From Selaginella moellendorffii (lineage: Eukaryota > Plantae > Lycopodiophyta), in the NCBI RefSeq assembly GCF_000143415.4, contig NW_003314526.1, forward strand, positions 1 through 16,278: a stretch of DNA of 16,278 bases, written 5' to 3'. Made by a program: the position numbers and the translations under genes. Shown here in pieces: positions 10,191 through 16,278 of this stretch (within the stretch, counting starts at the first letter, position 1; every line of letters starts with the position of its first letter). A model generated the notes under the pieces. That model made no database searches. It saw only the letters and a list, made by a program, of their open reading frames with translations, and was not told the DNA's origin.

Positions 10191-10825
10191 ACTACTTGGA
10201 GCGAAGTTTGTTAAACATTTCTACCACATATAAATGAGACAATAGCAATGTTACAATTCTCATTATTATCCATATCTGAAGTATAAAGTGGATGATTGGT
10301 ATTTGTTTATTTTTCCAAATTTATAGTATATAATTTACCTAAAGGGCTCTTTGCTTAGTAGAAAGGATTGTATCAAGTGTTGTGGCAAGTTAGATTCCAA
10401 ATTTATGATCATCACCAATTTATGTCATCATTGTGGTGAACTTGGATATTATAAAATTGATTATTCACAATTGAAGAATAAGTAATAAAGAAAAAAGAAT
10501 AGTTAATCTTTTATTAGCATTAAGTTGAATATTAAAAAGTTGCAAAATTTGCAAAGTAAAGATGACAAAAAAGACTATTCTGATTAAAGGAAGAGACTTT
10601 TAATCACTATTTGATAACTCAACTATATGTAGAATAATTAAAGGAACCTCAAGAGAAGGCATAACATAGTTTATGCAAGGTTAAACATCTTTGTCTTTGT
10701 TATTTAGTGCTGGGTCATAACAGTGTATTATTTGAAATTGTTGAAGTTGGGAAGCTAGACAACTTGCATCCCTCATAAAGCATTGTTTGTAATATAGAGA
10801 AATACTGTTCTTCTTTATTCAGAAT

Positions 10826-11067
10826 TCAAGATTGCTTCTTTAGTGGGATATGGCTGAAATCAAATATCTCCTTGAGACCGAAAATAAGTTTCTCTGCATC
10901 TTGATCTCCATCTGATGACGATTCTTCCACCATATAAGCAATAGCATCATCCCTAATATTGTCCTCGAACTCCACATGCTCTCCATCACTAAAAACAGCT
11001 TCTCCTCCTTCCTCTGAACCACTTGAGCTTGATGATGAACTCAGAATGGACTCATAGGATGTTGTAT
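10826..11067 (-). CDS. Probable terminal exon of an unknown acidic, Ser-rich protein; upstream small exons possibly within 11200-11600
   Basis: The open frame reads TTSYESILSSSSSSGSEEGGEAVFSDGEHVEFEDNIRDDAIAYMVEESSSDGDQDAEKLIFGLKEIFDF...*. It is preceded on the minus strand by a strong acceptor CTTTTTATTTGTTCTTTTTTAG (AG at 11069-11068). Minus-strand GTAAGT donors occur near 11263 and 11386. No family was recognised. Confidence 0.5.
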
Positions 11068-11712
11068 CTAAAAAAGAACAAATAAAAAGTTTTGTGTCTA
11101 CTAAATTCAATGTCATACAACAGTTTCAAAAAGCAAATTGGTGGCAGAAGTATGTGTGCTTGGTAACAAGATGCAGCTCAACAGCAAACATGACCAAAAT
11201 TTACTTGCATTTTCCTGCATGACGTAAAGCATAAGCTTTAAGGAGAATGATAGAGAGCACTTACCTTGTGAATTCAATGCTCTTGAAGTTTTGTCATGTC
11301 AGGAAGTTTGCATGTTAAGAATGGCACATCTAGGGTAAGCATCTAAACATTCACCAACAAAGAAAGCACATAAAGACTGTACTTACTATAGCTACCATCT
11401 CGTTTCTTTGTTTTCTTCTGGAAAGTTTACTGAGGTCAGATGGTATCTGGTAGCTCGTTTGATGAGCACTCTCAAGCTGGAAGCATTAGAAACCAGCTCC
11501 AGGGACTTGTTCCAGACTCAAGTCTAGATATTGAGAGATGAGAATGTGTAAACATCTTCTGGGATGCAGCCTGTGAGCTGGTTCCAGCGTGCCTGAGTTT
11601 CAAGAGCCAGGGCGCTGCCTAAGTCACTGCCGAGAAATGTAAACGAACGCATTAAAGTGAAATAGATTTAGTAAGGGTTAGGGCATTAAAGGCATTTTGC
11701 AAAGGGCAAGCT

Positions 11713-13458
11713 ATGGCGCGAACAGAGCAGGAGCGCAGTGGATGCGTCACAGGTTTGTGGTCTCTCTTTCGACCAAAAAAGGCGCACAAGGGCGACAACA
11801 AGGTCCACCCGGAAGCCATGGACGCGGCGGCCTCGAAGCTGAAGGTCCAAGATCGTGTCTGTGAGGCCGTCTCGGGAGAAGCCATGGACGCCGCCGCCTT
11901 GAAGTTGAAGGAACTCAGGCACGAGGTGAAAATCGTCTTAGAAGCGATACGACAGGAGCGAGGGCACAAGGAGCCGATCAAGCCGATCAAGCCGGAACAA
12001 GAGAAGGAGGACGAAGAGGAGAATCAAGAGAAGAAAGCGGAGCAGCTGAAGGAAGAGAAGAAAGCCGAGCAGGTGAACGAGGAGGAGAAAGAAGCCGATC
12101 AGATGAAGCCGATGAAGCTGGAAGAAGAGGAGGAAAAGGAAGCCGAGAAGCAGCTGAAGGAGGAGGAGCAAGAGAAGAAAGCTGAGCAGCTGAGCGAGGA
12201 GGAGCAGGAGAAAGAAGCCCATGAGACGAAGGAACTCAGGCGCGAGGTGAAACAGGAGCAAGGTCACAAGGAGCAGCCGCAGCTGGAACGAGAGGAGAAG
12301 AATCAGCCGAATCAGCCGATCAAGCCGATCAAGCCGATGAAGCAAGAGCAGGAACAGGAGNNNNNNNNNNNNNNNNNNNNNNNNNNNNNNNNNNNNNNNN
12401 NNNNNNNNNNNNNNNNNNNNNNNNNNNNNNNNNNNNNNNNNNNNNNNNNNNNNNNNNNNNNNNNNNNNNNNNNNNNNNNNNNNNNNNNNNNNNNNNNNNN
12501 NNNNNNNNNNNNNNNNNNNNNNNNNNNNNNNNNNNNNNNNNNNNNNNNNNNNNNNNNNNNNNNNNNNNNNNNNNNNNNNNNNNNNNNNNNNNNNNNNNNN
12601 NNNNNNNNNNNNNNNNNNNNNNNNNNNNNNNNNNNNNNNNNNNNNNNNNNNNNNNNNNNNNNNNNNNNNNNNNNNNNNNNNNNNNNNNNNNNNNNNNNNN
12701 NNNNNNNNNNNNNNNNNNNNNNNNNNNNNNNNNNNNNNNNNNNNNNNNNNNNNNNNNNNNNNNNNNNNNNTTGAGTTCGCGTATCTCGAAGCTTTCCACA
12801 AGGCAAACCGGTGGCTAAACCAGAGGGGAAAAACCGAGAAGAAGATCCGCAGCTTGGAAGAGGAAAAGCGCGAGGAAACAGAAGAGGAGAAGCACGAGGA
12901 AAAGTCTTGGAGTGTTAGCGCGCTCCGGATTCTGATCAGACTCAACGAGCAGCTTTACGAGGAGCTCAACGGCAAATCCAGCGACCGAGAGAGGATCAAG
13001 CGAGCGCGGAAGATGATGAGGCTCCAGAAAATGCTGGATAGGATCCCGAGTGAGAGGAAACCGTGGAAGAAGCTTCAGTCCGGCGAGGTGGTCTTCGTGA
13101 AGGAGGCAAAAGAACTATATGATCGTGCGGGGAGAGATTTTGTTGCCGAATTCAAGAGGAGACAGGTAAGTTTGATATACCTTCCAGATTCCAGATGGCC
13201 GTTTGCTAATAACTTCCGTGTTTGTTGTAGAGAGCTGAAGTGAACGATGAGTGTTTGTTTTGTCGGAACCATGATGGCGAGAAGATGATCGGCCGGGCTG
13301 GAGCGAACTCTAAGACGACTAGACCCTGGGTTTACCTGAGAAGAGAACACGAGCAAACTGTTCTAAGCACGTCGAAGAAACGAGAAATGAAGTTGGCTCC
13401 GAGCTCGAGAAGTTGGCTGCAAGGATTGGTCAACTGGAGGCCAGTGCTCGGACTCTAG
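11713..13458 (+). CDS. Glu/Lys/Gln-rich repetitive (coiled-coil or disordered) protein of unknown function; spliced and spanning an assembly gap
   Basis: ATG at 11713 opens a frame that runs to the gap at 12361. After the gap a frame reads EFAYLEAFHKANRWL...DFVAEFKRRQ to 13165. A 65-nt GTAAG...TTGTAG intron (13166-13230) joins it in phase 0 to RAEVNDECLFCRNH..., ending at the stop at 13458. The sequence is CpG-rich and purine-biased. Continuity across the gap is assumed, and it may be a pseudogene. Confidence 0.6.
11812..12360 (+). repeat. In-frame intragenic repeats
   Basis: GAAGCCATGGACGC.GC.GCCT.GAAG.TGAAG occurs twice at 66-bp spacing (EAMDAAA.KLK). AAGGAACTCAGGC.CGAGGTGAAA and CAGGAGC.AGG.CACAAGGAG each occur twice. 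There are also CCGATCAAG 9-mers (PIK/PMK) and several KKAEQLKEEE units. Confidence 0.9.
12361..12770. other. Assembly gap (410 N)
   Basis: Run of N, beginning in the middle of the coding repeat array. Confidence 1.
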
Positions 13459-13459
13459 C

Positions 13460-15025
13460 ATCGGAGAAGCCAACTCTCAAGAGTCAAATCCAGAAGTTGG
13501 ATCTCCAAGCAAGTTGAGCAGCACAGGAGGAGGCCACTAAAGCTATAGACCAGTTAAGTCGAGAGAAGATCGACCTTCTCGAGGACTCGACTCCAAAGAT
13601 TTGGAACTGTCCAAGACGTGAAAGTAGTGCGTGACAACCGTGTCTCAGGGCTCCAGGCGGAGAAGTCCATCACACTTCAGGCGTCTAAACAGGCCAGCGA
13701 CCAGCCTCCACACTCTTCTAAGTCAAGAGAAGATCAATGGATCAAGTTTGACTACACTCTACAGTGTCTGGAGCTAGGAGGGATCTATCTTATCAGCTTT
13801 CCAGTGGATGGAGATGATTCAGGAGCGCCTGCTGCGGTAAGGCTGTCCATGATAGTAGCGAGGAACGACGTAAACCAGTGTCAGATGGCTACAAGATGAT
13901 ATAGCTGAAGCTGCTCGTGACTGGGGTTTCGGATGGCTGCAGAGACTATAAGACAGACTACGCTAGACGTTCTCTGTCATCTGGTGGAATGAGGGAAGTG
14001 TTCGGACAGGAGTTCTTGAAGGAGAAGCCCCAGGGGATAATGGCTGACGGAGTCGAATCCGCTGCACGAGGTGGAGCTCTCGGCGAGAGCACGTGATGGC
14101 AGAGTTTGGAAGCGCAAAGGCGAGGCTGGAGAAGCAAGTAACTGGCAGCTGATGGAGAGGATCACGGGACTCGAGGCGCTGGAGGAGAGAGAGACGTGCC
14201 AGATGCAAAGCAAAGCTTTGGGCGAGGAGCTCTGAAGGATGAAGAAGACAAGCCGAGGAGAACCGATGTGAGAGCAGAGGTTTGACGGATCAGATGGACG
14301 CTACATGCGACAAGAAGGAGCATCTGGCTTCGCAGGAAGCTGTGTTTTTGCATGCTTCCGCTCAAGCTTCTCAGCACGATCAAGGCCTGAAGTGGCGGAA
14401 GCATTTTCTAACTGCCAGAGGTTCTAAGCACGTCAAAGAAACGAGAATGGAAGTTCAAGAAGTAACCAGCTCTCGAGAGTCAAATACAGAACAGAGGTGC
14501 AAGCCAAGTACTGACAGCTCGAGCAGCGCAGGGAAGCAGTAGCAAGCCTCCAAAGCGCTAGAGACCAGTCTCCACACTTCTAAGTCAAGAGAAGATCAAC
14601 CTCTTCGAGGAGATATCCTCCCTCGACTCCAAAGTTTCGGAGATATCTTGATCAATCGGGAGATAGCAGATAATTTTGTCAAGATCTGGGCTTCTCAAGC
14701 GGAGCTCGCTGAGACGGTGCCCGAGATCGGAGCAGTCAGCCAGCCGAGTGGAGAAGAGTCCATCAAACGTTGGCGTGAGAACAGCGAGGTGAAGGAGAAG
14801 ATGAGATGCCAAGACGGATCAAAGACAAAGCTCTCTAGTTGACGGAAACGGGACGAGAGCTTCAATGCTGTCCAGGATCACTCTTACAGGTGCTTGGATG
14901 ATAGAAGATGATGATGGCAAGATGATCTCAAACTCGAAGAAACTGCTTGTGGCGGCGGAGCCAGAGGTTCGGCTTCACAAAGACTGAAAAACGGCTGATG
15001 TTCGCCCCTGACATGCGGAGACTAC
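13460..15025 (+). pseudogene. Frameshifted remnants of coiled-coil coding sequence with internal duplications
   Basis: Fragments read like heptad proteins (MAEFGSAKARLEKQV, QLMERITGLEALEE, LSQEKINLFEEISSLDSKVSE) but switch frame and contain stops. Bases 13360-13604 align with gaps to 14421-14640, and 13699-13737 aligns to 14563-14599. Confidence 0.6.
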
Positions 15026-15419
15026 NNNNNNNNNNNNNNNNNNNNNNNNNNNNNNNNNNNNNNNNNNNNNNNNNNNNNNNNNNNNNNNNNNNNNNNNNNN
15101 NNNNNNNNNNNNNNNNNNNNNNNNNNNNNNNNNNNNNNNNNNNNNNNNNNNNNNNNNNNNNNNNNNNNNNNNNNNNNNNNNNNNNNNNNNNNNNNNNNNN
15201 NNNNNNNNNNNNNNNNNNNNNNNNNNNNNNNNNNNNNNNNNNNNNNNNNNNNNNNNNNNNNNNNNNNNNNNNNNNNNNNNNNNNNNNNNNNNNNNNNNNN
15301 NNNNNNNNNNNNNNNNNNNNNNNNNNNNNNNNNNNNNNNNNNNNNNNNNNNNNNNNNNNNNNNNNNNNNNNNNNNNNNNNNNNNNNNNNNNNNNNNNNNN
15401 NNNNNNNNNNNNNNNNNNN
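15026..15419. other. Assembly gap (394 N)
   Basis: Run of N. Confidence 1.
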
Positions 15420-15952
15420 TGAGAGATTATGTTTCTTTTCTATTTGGAAAATAGTCTGACTGCCAACTTGGTCCAGATCATAGGAGGCCGCCAGAAGAAT
15501 ATGTAAATGAGGGTGGAGCAGGACTTGAAGCAGCGAAAGATAAAACCAGCGTCAGAGATCATAAGAATCGAGCAAGTGGGAATGGAAAACTGTAAGATGA
15601 TTTTAAAACTTGGAGAGAAAGGGAGCAGGCTGAAACAGCTAAGATCGAGCAGCAAAGATTGAGCAGCTTAAAGACGAAAAAATTTCTTAAACCAAGCAGG
15701 GGCAGCAGGTTGAAAAATCGAAGTTTTAAGTTCGCCCAGCAGAGTAGGGGCAGCAGCTTCAAAAAGAAAAGTGGAAGCAGCTAAAGAGCAGTGACAAGGT
15801 TGATCGAGCAGCAGAATAGTTCAGACTCGTGATAGTTTTTTTCATATCATTTTCTTTGATTTAGCTGTAAAAACGATGATTTAATGTTCATAATGTTTGA
15901 ATCTCTGAAAGGTCCGAGATCCGACTTGCAACAAGATGATACCTAGAGCACG

Positions 15953-16259
15953 CTAGGGCTTGGCGGCATGGCCGCTTGGCAAGGCATCCCCCGAAAAACT
16001 CGTGAACTTTACCATGTAGGCCGAGTATTTGCAATCTGTAGACTTGTCTCTAACATCGTGGATCTTCTTGTACGTTTGCAAGGATTCCTGATCAGTTTGT
16101 CCCCGTAACTTGATTAGAAAATGGAAAAACAAATCCAGCTCAGGAAAATAAGATCTTACATAGTTTGCTCCAGAGGCATTACCATCACATAGCATGTAAA
16201 TTTGAACCGACCCGACCAAATGAACGATCTTCAATCCACTGGGAGTTTAGCAACTCCAC
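15953..16259 (-). CDS. 3' part of an unidentified spliced gene or pseudogene entering from the right edge
   Basis: A minus-strand acceptor TTTTATTTCACAG has its AG at 16261-16260. A candidate 51-nt intron GTAAGA...CTAATCAAG (16159-16109) lies inside ORF 15953-16234. All three frames of the 16259-16160 exon contain a stop, so it may be disrupted. No family was recognised. Confidence 0.35.
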
Positions 16260-16278
16260 CTGTGAAATAAAAAGAACG

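Larger units (their letters stand above)
5450..10448 (+). mobile_element. Highly degenerate Ty3/gypsy retrotransposon internal region (RT-RNaseH-integrase), interrupted by three nested insertions and a tandem duplication
   Basis: Decayed motifs read by manual translation, in gypsy order. A possible knuckle CFLC..GH sits at ~5464. RT: FIDNVLIH (=YIDDILI, ~5958) and TPKCVNNIRHFLG (=TPKNV.DVRSFLG, ~6153-6192). RNaseH: VDA...GVLMQE, YISHTLQPMKVNYS and, after the TRIM, QLYNFEVIYR. Integrase: FYWLKI, YFT*WVE, LIFLDNSSTF and HTFTSVYHPQMNDLVK (=TTAYHPQTNGLVE). KGLYQV corresponds to the GPY/F motif. The element's own LTRs were not identified. Confidence 0.9.
8006..10448 (+). repeat. Tandem duplication of ~0.55 kb of the integrase 3' region (copy 1: 8006-9693; copy 2: 9692-10448)
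   Basis: Both copies start TAACTAAGGATA and end GTGGTGAACTTGGATA. They share long near-identical blocks (e.g. AATGTATAAGAATTTTTAATATTGAGATTAGGATTGTTATTTTT). The junction has a 2-bp TA microhomology. Each copy carries a different insertion. Confidence 0.95.

Noticed and set aside
11652-12945. Long minus-strand ORFs (112, 335, 164 and 156 aa)
   Set aside because: They are antisense shadows of the purine-rich plus-strand gene and/or inflated by the N gap.
14947-15459. 170-aa ORF
   Set aside because: Most of its length is N, so it is not real evidence of coding.

Overview
This is eukaryotic, most likely non-seed land-plant genomic DNA. Very short introns and the 5S variant described below suggest something like a lycophyte or fern, but that is inference only. 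Bases 1 to ~10450 are a CpG-depleted, transition-riddled nest of dead LTR retrotransposons. It holds a decayed gag-protease remnant (~400-1700) and a decayed Ty3/gypsy pol in RT-RNaseH-integrase order (~5450-10450). Three younger elements sit inside that pol, each with a readable 5-bp target-site duplication (TSD): a complete 647-bp TRIM (6585-7231), a 1148-bp solo-LTR-like insert (8382-9529) carrying an ABRE/G-box array, and a 199-bp solo LTR carrying a 5S rRNA promoter fragment, i.e. Cassandra-like (9992-10190). The last two lie in the two copies of a tandem duplication, so each copy shows the empty site of the other's insertion. From ~10800 to the end the DNA is gene-like: a minus-strand acidic exon, a CpG-rich Glu/Lys/Gln-rich repeat gene interrupted by an assembly gap, decayed coiled-coil coding sequence, and a minus-strand gene fragment. 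Most ORFs in the supplied track are spurious. I found no convincing new enzymatic system. The most notable items are the 5S-carrying LTR and the reciprocal empty sites.
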